A DNA stretch of 64,000 nt from a virus. A model generated the notes under the pieces. It saw only the letters and a list, made by a program, of their open reading frames with translations, searched no databases and was not told the origin of the DNA. The position numbers and the translations under genes were made by a program. The DNA is taken from IMG/VR virus record IMGVR_UViG_3300024255_000001; one strand, given 5' to 3'. The first letter of the stretch is position 1. Each line of letters opens with the position of its first letter. Shown here one piece after another: positions 25,786-35,591 of this stretch.

Positions 25786-28344
25786 TTACCAAGCGTAATC
25801 GAATCCTTCGATTTTAGCTATTTTTTCTTTAAGTGATAAAGCGTAATTCTTAATCTCTCTTTTATACCAAGATTCAGATGAACCAAATCTTTTTTCAGAT
25901 TCTTCTTCTTGTCTAACATAATCACAATATCTAGAATAATCATCTAATATATTTGACATGTGATTAGAAGCATCTCTTAATTTAACCTCTTTTCCTTTTG
26001 CACTTTGACCAATTTTGATTTCATCGTATCTAGTCTTTTCACCACTAGCTAAACCTGTTTTAATTTGATCGGTTAACATATCGATTGCATCTGCTACCAT
26101 TTTATCTAATGGCATTGTTGCAGCCTTAGTAGATAAAATTTGGTGGTATCTGTCGTTGTTAGCTTTCTTAAAATCTTTATCATTAGTAAATGCAATTGCA
26201 CCTGATTTAGCTTCAGCTCTAGCTGCTCTTAATTGGTCAGTAGAATACTTTTGTCTAATTAGGTCTAGGTTAATAACAAGAACTCTATCAGAAACTTCTG
26301 CGATTCTTTTACCATTATTAAGTCCAGTTCCTGACCAGCCTCTGTATTTATGTGATACACCAACTTGGTCATCTTTACCTTTTTTACCGTCTTTCTTAAA
26401 TGCTCTATTTTGTGAGTATCTAGACCAGTCATTAGTATAAAATTCTCTATCGCCAGACATTGCTGCTATTAGAGTACCTCCACCTGGTATAGTTTTTAAA
26501 GCACCATAACCAGCATCATAAGGAGTATATGGATTTTCTTTTTCGTTATCAGATATAAAGAATAGTATATGTTTTGATCCACCATGTTCTTTAAACACCT
26601 TAGTTGGATCATTACTTATTACCATATCCTCATCACCTACTTTATCTAATGCAACTTTAGCTAATTGGTAAAAACCGCCAGCTAATTGCTTTAAATTTTG
26701 CTTACCGTATTTACCTTCTTTGTTACTCATTAGAACGCTAGCTAGTAAGCTGCTGCCTAATGCTTCGTTAAGAAAGTTAGCTCCAACGAAGTCGCTAAAT
26801 GACTCAAACAAGTTTATTTCGTTTTTCATATTTGTATTTGTATTTTCTTCTAGTTTTTTTGCGGCTAAATCTTTATCTCTTTTAGAAACATTATCTAAGT
26901 AGGAACCATCTCCCCAGAATTTAACAACTAATTCAGTTTGAGTAGTTGAATGCATGCCTGGTTTGTAGACTGCAATATCTCTTAGTTTTTTATTAGAAGC
27001 GATAGTTTTCTTCATAAAGTCTAGTGCTTGTTTCTCGTTTCTAAACTTTTTCATAGCACTTACGCCGTCACTATAAATAACTTCATAGTTTTCAGTAATT
27101 GCTGATTCTTCAACATGTAGATTTACATATCTGCTACCTTTTTCTGAGTAAACTGAAGTAATTTTAAAATCACCTTTAATTGATTTACCAGTATCTTGTT
27201 TGTAGTATTTAGCATAATAAGCTTTAAAGAATAAGTTTGGTTCTAGTTCTCCAAAGAAGTGTGACAGTTTACCTACATAAAATTCAGCTTTAGGATATAC
27301 TTTTAAAACATCTTTTTCTGTTTCAGCATCTAGAACTGCTTTATCAAATTCTTTTACAAATTTAGCTTCAGTAACTTCAGATTCTTTAACAACTAATTCT
27401 GCATCTATAGCTACTTCATGTGAAATAGTCTCTAAACCATTAATTAAAATTGTACCATCCTTTTGCATGCCGGTAACTTCACCAGAATCAAAAGGTTTTT
27501 TAGAACTTCTGCTTAGAATAGAAACTCTATCGCCTATTTTAAATTTAGCTTCAGTAACTGATTCATCAATACCTTTGTAAATTAAAGTGTCCCAATGAAC
27601 ATCCTGTACCTCGTCTCTATAATCAGCATATACGTCAACTTCCCAATTACCGCCTTCTTGATCTACTCCCATGAAATAAAGATCTTTACCCTCATTACCG
27701 TGGTCATCAATCGTATCATATTCGTCAAATTCTATTTCGTATTTCTTACCTTTATATTTAACAACAGCACTAGGCCAATCAGATTTTGTAACCTTAATCT
27801 TCTCGTTTACTACTGACTCTTCGATATACTCTCCAAGTTCTGGATCGTCCCATCCATCAGGAGATGCTAAAACTGATTGTAGATCTTCTCTTGAACCTGT
27901 TAGCTCAACTTCTGGCCAACCACTCGGTCCACTAGGATCTAAAACTTTCATTGTAACTTTATGTTTCTTTAAAAGTTTTTTAAGTATCTTTGATTTAGGA
28001 TCCATTGCATCCATAACTACTGTAGCTTCGAATACTTCAGCAGCTTTAGGAGTTTCATCTAGTTCAGCTAGAATTCTACGACCCCATTTTGAAAGCTTTA
28101 CACCCTCTTCAGAAACATTAAAGTACTTTCTATTTCTAGAAGTCCATTGGCTTGAACTAGTAGATAATTCAGAAAGAATCTTGTTAAACTCTTCTCTTGT
28201 CACTACACCGTCTTTAATAGCTTGTAGGACTGCATTTCTTACATTAGCAGTTTTACCTACAGTTTGAGCTGGGTGGTTCTCTGTATATTTTCTTTTGATT
28301 TGCAATTTCTTGCCTTCCGATAAAAAGTCTTCGAATTTCGTCAT
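25786..28344 (-). CDS. Multi-module probable internal head polyprotein
   Basis: MTKFEDFLSE start; seven modules separated by EVFE, ESVVNE, ESVTE, ESEVTE, ESAITE, FLNE. Confidence 0.6.
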   Translation of the reverse strand: MTKFEDFLSEGKKLQIKRKYTENHPAQTVGKTANVRNAVLQAIKDGVVTREEFNKILSELSTSSSQWTSRNRKYFNVSEEGVKLSKWGRRILAELDETPKAAEVFEATVVMDAMDPKSKILKKLLKKHKVTMKVLDPSGPSGWPEVELTGSREDLQSVLASPDGWDDPELGEYIEESVVNEKIKVTKSDWPSAVVKYKGKKYEIEFDEYDTIDDHGNEGKDLYFMGVDQEGGNWEVDVYADYRDEVQDVHWDTLIYKGIDESVTEAKFKIGDRVSILSRSSKKPFDSGEVTGMQKDGTILINGLETISHEVAIDAELVVKESEVTEAKFVKEFDKAVLDAETEKDVLKVYPKAEFYVGKLSHFFGELEPNLFFKAYYAKYYKQDTGKSIKGDFKITSVYSEKGSRYVNLHVEESAITENYEVIYSDGVSAMKKFRNEKQALDFMKKTIASNKKLRDIAVYKPGMHSTTQTELVVKFWGDGSYLDNVSKRDKDLAAKKLEENTNTNMKNEINLFESFSDFVGANFLNEALGSSLLASVLMSNKEGKYGKQNLKQLAGGFYQLAKVALDKVGDEDMVISNDPTKVFKEHGGSKHILFFISDNEKENPYTPYDAGYGALKTIPGGGTLIAAMSGDREFYTNDWSRYSQNRAFKKDGKKGKDDQVGVSHKYRGWSGTGLNNGKRIAEVSDRVLVINLDLIRQKYSTDQLRAARAEAKSGAIAFTNDKDFKKANNDRYHQILSTKAATMPLDKMVADAIDMLTDQIKTGLASGEKTRYDEIKIGQSAKGKEVKLRDASNHMSNILDDYSRYCDYVRQEEESEKRFGSSESWYKREIKNYALSLKEKIAKIEGFDYAW
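27358..27559. repeat. 19-bp direct repeat AAATTTAGCTTCAGTAACT at 27358-27376 and 27541-27559
   Basis: Identical copies 183 bp (61 codons) apart, both encoding VTE-AKF. Confidence 0.85.
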
Positions 28345-28346
28345 GA

Positions 28347-28760
28347 TTATTTTACTTTAATTTTTGCTTGGTGTCCATTAGTTTCAGTGTATTGAAATGA
28401 AAATTTAGACTTTGCAAATAAAGTACCCATTGTAAAAGAAACAAAAGTTCCTTCTGGGTTTTTCATTGCTACGTTATATGCGTCTCCAGCTGCAGCCTCG
28501 TCATCAAAAATACCGATAATATTCTTTGAAGTTGAAGATCCTATTCTAATTTCACCCTGTAGTCTAACAGATTGCCCATTAAAATCTACATTGTTATGTG
28601 CCATTAATAAATACTTAGTTGCACCCTTTTCTGGAAGGTTATCACTATGTTCTCCAAACTCGGTTCTTGTATTAAAGTAATATGAACCAAACGGTATGCT
28701 TTCATTTACTGCTTGATTTGAGCTTTCTCTAAAGCTTTCGAATGATTTTATATTTTTCAT
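28347..28760 (-). CDS. Probable internal head protein
   Basis: Begins MKNIKSFESFRES...AVNE. Confidence 0.55.
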   Translation of the reverse strand: MKNIKSFESFRESSNQAVNESIPFGSYYFNTRTEFGEHSDNLPEKGATKYLLMAHNNVDFNGQSVRLQGEIRIGSSTSKNIIGIFDDEAAAGDAYNVAMKNPEGTFVSFTMGTLFAKSKFSFQYTETNGHQAKIKVK

Positions 28761-28779
28761 ATTAATATGTTATATTTGT

Positions 28780-30639
28780 TTATATATTCTTTAAAAAATC
28801 ATCGAAGGTTAGGAATTCTGGTTGTGCAGATTCTGCAGCAACTCCCATCGAGTCTTCTAATTTCATTTTTAGTTCTCCGTACATACCATGTATATCCTTA
28901 GGAGTTAATTTCTTAAATAGTCTTTCATCACCATCAAGCATTGCGTTTCTAACCTGAGTTGCTGAGATATTCTTACCTGATCTTGGAATTTCAAATAAAC
29001 CAAAATCGTCTCTTACGCCTAGATCGTCTCTATATTCTTGTTTATCTGCTTGATAACTATAGACTTTCATTCTATCGGTTCCAGTTCCCCATAATACTGG
29101 CTCGTATTGCGGTCTTAATTCATTAAACATTTTATCAATTGCTGCAGTAGGTAAAATCTTTACATCTTCAATTGGATATGAAGATTTTAATTTTTGTAAC
29201 ATTGATAGTTGAGTATCTTCATCATAAGGTCTCTTAAATGCATCTTCTGCTTTCTTAGTTCTAGACTTAATTAAAAAGATAACTACTGGATAACCGTTTT
29301 GTTTATAGATAGTTTCAATAACTTTAGCATGGCCTAATGTAAATGGCTGGAATCTACCAACAAACATATTTACAGGCTTCTTACCTTGATCTTTATACTT
29401 AACAGTTAAGCCTTCCATGATTGGACTGACTTGAGCTGAAATTTTTTGGTTTAATAAATATTGTTTAAAATCCATTACGTCTGATTCATTTGCTTTTGCC
29501 ATTATTAAACCCTCAATGGTTTCAACGATCTCGTTGATCTGCTCCATTAAATCTTTATTAATAAGGTCAGTTTCTTTAGTTCTCTTTTTTCTAAAAGAGC
29601 CTAATACAATTTTAAATAACTCAGATAGTATCTTATCTTGTACTAAAGTAAGTGTCTTTTCGTTTTGAATAAACTTATTGTTTAATTCAAACATAGGAGA
29701 TTCAGAGAAGTCTGCGGAGTCAAATTTAGCACCAATATATTTTGTAGCATTTTTTTCTACATAATTATTAAAAATAGATGACATTAATTCTAAATATCTT
29801 CTATCTGTCTTTTCTTCTTTTAATTCTATTGATGAGAAATCAAATTGTGCTAAATGTTCTACAACATCTAAAATTGTAATTTGATACATGTCTGATGGTT
29901 TTCTTGGATCCATCTGTTTTTTATTAAACTTCTCTAATTTAAAAGATTGTAATTCTGTTCCGTCATGAAAATTAACAATAAACCCTGCAACATCTTTTGA
30001 AAGATCGTTCATTAAAGCAGATTGCTTCATATTCCCATTGAAAATACCGAATACTGTTCTTGTAAAGCTAGGCTTCTCAAAGTCTTCAAACGTCTGTTCA
30101 AATTCATTAACCGACATTGCAAGAATTTGTTTTAATCTATCCTTTTGACCTGAGTCAAGTTGACCTTCAAATAATATAGGTGGTTTTGAAACATTTAGTT
30201 TATTCGCCCACTTATTAAGTATCTTGGTATCTCTAATTACCTTTCTAACTTTATTAGGATTGGATGGTTGTAAAACTTGTATATGCGTTAAAATTAAATT
30301 TGATTCTGGTAAAACATCATACTCCACATCAATTGTTTTATTATCGCCAAGATATTCAAATCCAAACTTCCAGTCAAATGGCATATCTTCTATAACTTCT
30401 TTAGAAACAGACTTAAAGTGGCGAATTGCGTTCTCGTAGTATCTGACGATTGTACGATCTACTATATCCATTGGTTGCTTAGAACCAGATTTATAGTATG
30501 CAAAATCAGTACCTTGTCTTCTTGCATGAAAAGATGAACCGTTGATTTTCTCAGTCACAATACATTTGTGGCTAAGTAGTTTATCAACGTCTGCTGTGTT
30601 AGCTCCTTCGAAATATGTTTTTAAATTGTCTAATGCCAT
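28780..30639 (-). CDS. Fusion of an RNA-ligase-like domain and a cytidylyltransferase/NMNAT-like nucleotidyltransferase
   Basis: N-terminal TEKING (ligase motif I); C-terminal GRFQPFTLGH, GTDR, ISATQVR (HIGH superfamily). Confidence 0.7.
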   Translation of the reverse strand: MALDNLKTYFEGANTADVDKLLSHKCIVTEKINGSSFHARRQGTDFAYYKSGSKQPMDIVDRTIVRYYENAIRHFKSVSKEVIEDMPFDWKFGFEYLGDNKTIDVEYDVLPESNLILTHIQVLQPSNPNKVRKVIRDTKILNKWANKLNVSKPPILFEGQLDSGQKDRLKQILAMSVNEFEQTFEDFEKPSFTRTVFGIFNGNMKQSALMNDLSKDVAGFIVNFHDGTELQSFKLEKFNKKQMDPRKPSDMYQITILDVVEHLAQFDFSSIELKEEKTDRRYLELMSSIFNNYVEKNATKYIGAKFDSADFSESPMFELNNKFIQNEKTLTLVQDKILSELFKIVLGSFRKKRTKETDLINKDLMEQINEIVETIEGLIMAKANESDVMDFKQYLLNQKISAQVSPIMEGLTVKYKDQGKKPVNMFVGRFQPFTLGHAKVIETIYKQNGYPVVIFLIKSRTKKAEDAFKRPYDEDTQLSMLQKLKSSYPIEDVKILPTAAIDKMFNELRPQYEPVLWGTGTDRMKVYSYQADKQEYRDDLGVRDDFGLFEIPRSGKNISATQVRNAMLDGDERLFKKLTPKDIHGMYGELKMKLEDSMGVAAESAQPEFLTFDDFLKNI

Positions 30640-30647
30640 AATAGTTT

Positions 30648-31919
30648 TTATCTACCGTATTTAATAATGCCCATTAACTGGTTAATAGCGGCAAAAGTAC
30701 CCGTTAACTTGAATGTTTTACCATTGTATTTAAAGACTAGGCCTTCTGTTGGAATGATTGACTCAATACCGCCGATACCTTCTAGCCTCTTTAATTCTTT
30801 TTCTACCTTCTCAATCTGTTTTAGATCACCGTTCTTTTTAACTTTATCTGCCTCAGTTCTGATTTGCTTATGTAATCTTGCTTTCTCAGCTTCTGGATTA
30901 GCAGCAACAAAATTGGAAACGTTCTTTAAAACATCTGCACCTAATTCTAAAAATAGGTTCTCGAAAGGTAGAATGTTTTCTTTATACTTCTTGTTTCTTT
31001 GACCATCAAAATCTTTGACGGCTTTTGCTTGTTCTGGAGTAACTGCATTCTTTAATTCTCTCATATTTAGAGTCTTCTTGTCTAAATATGCCCATCTTAA
31101 TAAGAGTCCCTCTTTTAATACTGAGTCTAAATCTCCAAAGTTCTCTTCGATTTGGTTTCTCCACCACATCTCGTGATACATTTTAACCTCATCTTGATCT
31201 GATAGACTATAAGTATCTCTCAGTTTATTTATCGCCTTTTCGTAATAGCCGACTCTATCATCAAAGTTAATGTCTTTTCCTAACTTTAAAATTTGAGGGG
31301 GAATTATTGTAAACGTATTTTGCACATCCGCTTTTAGCTCTTTAAGTGCTTTAACTATTTCTGATGCGATATTCTCTTCACCTATGATATTACCCTCACC
31401 ATCAGTAACTTTCATACCGTGGAATTGAATAACATCTCTGTCATAATAAATTACATTAGGGTTTTTAGAGTAAATTAACTCCATATTGATAAAAGACTTA
31501 CCATCTTGGAATACAGATTGGTCCTTAAGCTTTGGGAGTGCGTCTGCTAGGTCTTTAGCAGCAAAGATGAATGTTTCTTCAACCAGCTTCGAAGCGTGGC
31601 CAGTGAACATCTTAATGATACCATTTAAGTCGAGTGGATTGGCTAATTGTCCCTTATTTCTAGCGAACATAGCATTACCATCCTTTACAGTTGCAAATAC
31701 ATTCTGACCATCTGTCTTTTCAGTTGGTGCCTCTTCAAAATCAAGACCTCCTTGTAGTGCAGATCTTACAATAGTTTTAAAATCAGCAAATGTTAATGAG
31801 TGGTCATCGAATGGATGCATCATGTGGCCAGCGGCCCCACCTTCAAATACGAAATTGTCCAAGTTATTGACCTGGACTTTCTCGCTTAAGAATTCTTTAA
31901 ATGTATATAGTTTCTTCAT
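30648..31919 (-). CDS. ATP-dependent ligase-fold protein (DUF6267-like)
   Basis: EGGAAGHMMHPFD, TEKTDGQN (KxDG), EGLVF, KLTG motifs; MKKLYTFKEFLSE leader. Confidence 0.65.
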   Translation of the reverse strand: MKKLYTFKEFLSEKVQVNNLDNFVFEGGAAGHMMHPFDDHSLTFADFKTIVRSALQGGLDFEEAPTEKTDGQNVFATVKDGNAMFARNKGQLANPLDLNGIIKMFTGHASKLVEETFIFAAKDLADALPKLKDQSVFQDGKSFINMELIYSKNPNVIYYDRDVIQFHGMKVTDGEGNIIGEENIASEIVKALKELKADVQNTFTIIPPQILKLGKDINFDDRVGYYEKAINKLRDTYSLSDQDEVKMYHEMWWRNQIEENFGDLDSVLKEGLLLRWAYLDKKTLNMRELKNAVTPEQAKAVKDFDGQRNKKYKENILPFENLFLELGADVLKNVSNFVAANPEAEKARLHKQIRTEADKVKKNGDLKQIEKVEKELKRLEGIGGIESIIPTEGLVFKYNGKTFKLTGTFAAINQLMGIIKYGR

Positions 31920-31938
31920 AAGAAGTTTTAGATTGTTT

Positions 31939-33588
31939 TTATCCTAACGATGATTGTAATGCACCAACTGCTGCACCATAGTCACCGTCGTGTTTAGTTA
32001 ATAAACCGTCTACAACTTCTTGAGCTTTTTCTTCATCGAATTCGTCACCGAATGCTTGTTGTAAAACTGAGAATGCATACTCTTTAAAATCTTCATCAGA
32101 CTTTACTTCTGCTTCGTTAGTTGTTTCTTCTTCAACAAATTCTTCTGCGTTTTCTTTATCATCAGCATCAACTGCTTCTACGTCAAATTCTTCATCGCCA
32201 ACTTTAAAGGTCTTTTCACCTTTTGCAATCGCTTCAGCTCTTGCAGCTCCGAATGCATTTCCTTCTTCAACATCTTCAGTTTCTTCAACAAATTCTTCTG
32301 CGTTTTCTTTATCATCAGCATCAACTGCTTCTACATCATATTCTTCATCACCAACTTTAAAAGTCTTTTCGCCTTTTGCAATTGCCTCTGCTCTTGCAGC
32401 ACCAAATGCATTTCCTTCTTCAACTTCTTCGTTTGATTCTTTAATTACTGGAAATTTCTTACCGTTAAACTCAAAGTCTTCAGCATCTTCTTCAATAGCT
32501 TTAGCTCTTGCAGCTAAGAATGCATTACCTTCATTCATCACAGACTCGTTAGCCCAGATTAATTCAAATGCATCTACTATTTTTTGTGCTGGTTGAGAGT
32601 AACCAAATCCATCTAAGAATACTGCCATACCTTCAACGATACCGATACCTGACCATCCAGCTGCATTAGCTAGACCGGAGGAATGTTCGTCTAATAGGTT
32701 AATAATTGTTTTCTTACCAACAGGAATTGCCATGCCACCTAAATTATCAATGTCTACCATGATAGTACTAATCGTACCCCCTAGTGCTTTACTTACTGGG
32801 TCTCTGTATGAGTGGAAGTTAGCGTCTGTTAGGGCTTCAGCTAATAAGTATCTACATGCTCCTAAAAAACTTTCAGAGTTTGCAATTGCAGAATGCTTCA
32901 TAAAGAATGTATTTAAAAACTTAGAAACCTTCTTTGCGTCTCTTGCGTTACCTTTACTTGGTTTAAATGCTTCATTAATAATCAGTGACTCAAATGCTGG
33001 AATTAATTCTTTATCTCCATATACATCTGCCATATACCATTTACCATCTCTTTCATCAAACAAGTAAACGAATTCTGCTCCTGCTCTTTCGCTAGCATCA
33101 GAAATATAATCTTCGATTTTCTTAGCGTCACCTTTTAGAGTTGTTTTATCTCCGTAGAAATTAATCTTACTAGGATCTGCTTCCAAACCTGAGCCACCCC
33201 CTTTCTTAAGTAAAAACTTAACTGTTCCGGAATTCATGTAACCCTTCTTAATTGTAGGTAACATGTGGTCTGGATAACCATCGTAGTGCATATACACTGA
33301 CTCTATTTTTCCTCTTTTAGAAATAATACCAACTTGTGATCTGGTACCTTCTTCAATGATAGCTAAAGACTCAGATACTTCAGAAGCACCTAGCTTAGCA
33401 AAAAATTTGTTTCTGTCTTCTTCGTTTAAATCTTTTACAGATGTAACGCCAAACTCAGATAATAATGTTTCGAATTGGTAAGCTGACTCTGTACGAGCTG
33501 CTTTTTGTTCTTCTTCTAATTTCATTTTTGTTGCTTCAGCGGAAGCGTTAGCGAAATCTTCAAAAGACTGTAGTTTTAATGAACCCAT
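31939..33588 (-). CDS. Acidic multi-module probable prohead-core/internal protein
   Basis: SFEDF leader, linkers IIEE, ESLIINE, ESVMNE, VEE; three GNAF repeats; first gene after a late box. Confidence 0.6.
   Translation of the reverse strand: MGSLKLQSFEDFANASAEATKMKLEEEQKAARTESAYQFETLLSEFGVTSVKDLNEEDRNKFFAKLGASEVSESLAIIEEGTRSQVGIISKRGKIESVYMHYDGYPDHMLPTIKKGYMNSGTVKFLLKKGGGSGLEADPSKINFYGDKTTLKGDAKKIEDYISDASERAGAEFVYLFDERDGKWYMADVYGDKELIPAFESLIINEAFKPSKGNARDAKKVSKFLNTFFMKHSAIANSESFLGACRYLLAEALTDANFHSYRDPVSKALGGTISTIMVDIDNLGGMAIPVGKKTIINLLDEHSSGLANAAGWSGIGIVEGMAVFLDGFGYSQPAQKIVDAFELIWANESVMNEGNAFLAARAKAIEEDAEDFEFNGKKFPVIKESNEEVEEGNAFGAARAEAIAKGEKTFKVGDEEYDVEAVDADDKENAEEFVEETEDVEEGNAFGAARAEAIAKGEKTFKVGDEEFDVEAVDADDKENAEEFVEEETTNEAEVKSDEDFKEYAFSVLQQAFGDEFDEEKAQEVVDGLLTKHDGDYGAAVGALQSSLG
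32128..32424. repeat. 153-bp-period tandem duplication (GNAFGAARAEAIAKGEKTF... unit)
   Basis: Copies at 32128-32271 and 32281-32424, with a degenerate third copy at about 32440-32530. Confidence 0.9.
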
Positions 33589-33625
33589 TTTTATTAAATT
33601 TATTTTTTAATACTTTACTATTGTA

Positions 33626-35134
33626 TTATATATCACCGTCAAAAGTAACATTTTTTACCTCAAACGGGAACTTCTGTTCCTTATAGATCTTTTGACGTGC
33701 TTTGGAATGTCTAATAAGATAGTTATCCCAATCTGGTGATGATAAGTCATCTACGAAATCAATGATATTTACCTCTGATTTTGTATGGTGTTTTCTTAGT
33801 CCCCTACCGATTGATTGTCTAATTATGACTTCCGATTTAAACGATTCGGTAAAGAAGATGTTATGTATTTTCTTAATCGAGATCCCTGTTGAGAACGTAC
33901 CATAAGAGGCAACAATGACAACCTGTGCGCCTGCTTCCATCTTCTTCTTGTATTCTTCACGGATGTCTTTGTCGGTATTACCATCCACATAATAGATGGG
34001 TTTGTCACTATCTTGGCGCAGTTTCTCATAAATTCTTTTGCCGTGTTCGATTCGGTGGAAAAGAACAAGGCTATTCCCACGTACTCTGGAAATAATGTTA
34101 CAAATGAAAGCCAAGCGCCCTGTTGAATTGATGACATAATTACTTTCAAATCTGAAAACGTCTTTACTTTCATATCTGTTTTGGGACATCTCATAAAAAG
34201 CATTCTTTGTGCTCTGAGGTGCATAATCCATTTTTATTACTTTCACATTACAACCTGCAATGTGACCTTCATCTTGAAGGAATGCCGCATTGACCTCTGT
34301 AATCACAGGGCCTGTATGTGCCATTAGGGTTAATCTATCTAACGTCTTTGCTTTTGGAATTGTCCCCGAGAGTCCAAATCGATAGTTTGCAGCAGTACAT
34401 TTGTGTAGAATTGTTTTAATAGAAGTAGACTTAGCCTTGTGAGTCTCATCGATGATTACAGCGTCAAACTGTTCAAAGTATTCTTTATCTTTCTTAACAA
34501 GAGATTGATACGTACCAATTACCATGTTTCTACCTGGTCTAATCTTTTGACCAGAATAGATCTGTTGTACCTTAATATTCGTTGCATTACGCCAGTTATA
34601 GTCCATAAAGTCCTCAGAGGCCTGTACAACTAACGAAACGTTTGGGACAATAAGTAATATCCTTCCAGCCTTGCCCTTCTCTAACATATACGCAATAGCC
34701 ATATACGTTATCAAGGTTTTACCAGCTGATGTTGCTAATTCACTTAGACATCTTCTAAATTTTAGGATATTATATGCTGCCTCGATTTGATAATCTCTTG
34801 GGTCTAATTCATGGCCATCAAAATAGTCTTCTGCCCACTTTGTAAACTCTTCTTGTTTTACCGAAGGATCGAATAGTGAAGTAACACCATTCATCTTTAA
34901 CTCGAACTTGTATTGTTTACACAAATCCATCACCTCTTTCCAAAGCCCAGATGGAATCCACTTATCATCCTTAATATAGGAGATATAGCCATCCCATAGC
35001 CCCTTCTTCACAAGAGGGTGAAAGCGCCAGTTTTCAATTCTACGATTAAATGTAATATTGAGTTGTTCTATTTCTAGTTCACTCGCATCATCAATACGCA
35101 GAAACTGCTTATTATCTGTTAAACTCAGTTCCAT
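33626..35134 (-). CDS. uvsW: UvsW-like SF2 helicase
   Basis: RDYQ, LATSAGKT, DETH, GLSGT, QSIGRGLR. Confidence 0.92.
   Translation of the reverse strand: MELSLTDNKQFLRIDDASELEIEQLNITFNRRIENWRFHPLVKKGLWDGYISYIKDDKWIPSGLWKEVMDLCKQYKFELKMNGVTSLFDPSVKQEEFTKWAEDYFDGHELDPRDYQIEAAYNILKFRRCLSELATSAGKTLITYMAIAYMLEKGKAGRILLIVPNVSLVVQASEDFMDYNWRNATNIKVQQIYSGQKIRPGRNMVIGTYQSLVKKDKEYFEQFDAVIIDETHKAKSTSIKTILHKCTAANYRFGLSGTIPKAKTLDRLTLMAHTGPVITEVNAAFLQDEGHIAGCNVKVIKMDYAPQSTKNAFYEMSQNRYESKDVFRFESNYVINSTGRLAFICNIISRVRGNSLVLFHRIEHGKRIYEKLRQDSDKPIYYVDGNTDKDIREEYKKKMEAGAQVVIVASYGTFSTGISIKKIHNIFFTESFKSEVIIRQSIGRGLRKHHTKSEVNIIDFVDDLSSPDWDNYLIRHSKARQKIYKEQKFPFEVKNVTFDGDI
33627..33634 (-). promoter_or_regulatory. 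Late-type promoter box GATATATA for the internal-protein block
   Basis: Overlaps the uvsW stop codon. Confidence 0.65.
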
Positions 35135-35135
35135 T

Positions 35136-35558
35136 TTATAGTCCGTTTAGAGACAATCTATTTCTTATTGCAAAACCCATATTATCCAGAGTCTTCACTG
35201 AGTCTCTAAAGAATTCTAGTTGATTTTCAAGATGAGATAATACCATGTTCTCATCTGCTAGGTCATTCTCTAGAAACTTTTCTTTTTGTTTCTCGCCTAG
35301 TTTATAGTCGTAATTATAGTAGCGGATATACGCATCTCTATATCTAGCAGAGATCGCGGTCTTCTGTTCTCTTATCTTTACGTTTAGATATGCAATCTGA
35401 TCTACGCAGGTCTGTCTTGATGATAACACATTGGCTATCACTTCTTCCATTCCATCTACTTTCTTTAGTCCCCTTGCAAGACCTCTAATAGTATCAGACC
35501 ACTGTTGTCTTTGAGCACTCAACTTTTGGTCCAGTGCCTGAATCTTTTCTTTGCTCAT
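35136..35558 (-). CDS. uvsY: UvsY-like recombination mediator
   Basis: 140 aa helical protein ending LEFF...KTLDNMGFAIRN; adjacent to uvsW. Confidence 0.7.
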   Translation of the reverse strand: MSKEKIQALDQKLSAQRQQWSDTIRGLARGLKKVDGMEEVIANVLSSRQTCVDQIAYLNVKIREQKTAISARYRDAYIRYYNYDYKLGEKQKEKFLENDLADENMVLSHLENQLEFFRDSVKTLDNMGFAIRNRLSLNGL

Positions 35559-35562
35559 ATTA

Positions 35563-35591
35563 GTTATATTAGAACAATGACTTTTTGTTTG
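35563..35591 (-). promoter_or_regulatory. CAAACAA-N16-TATAAC promoter for uvsY
   Basis: Recurrent motif. Confidence 0.5.
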
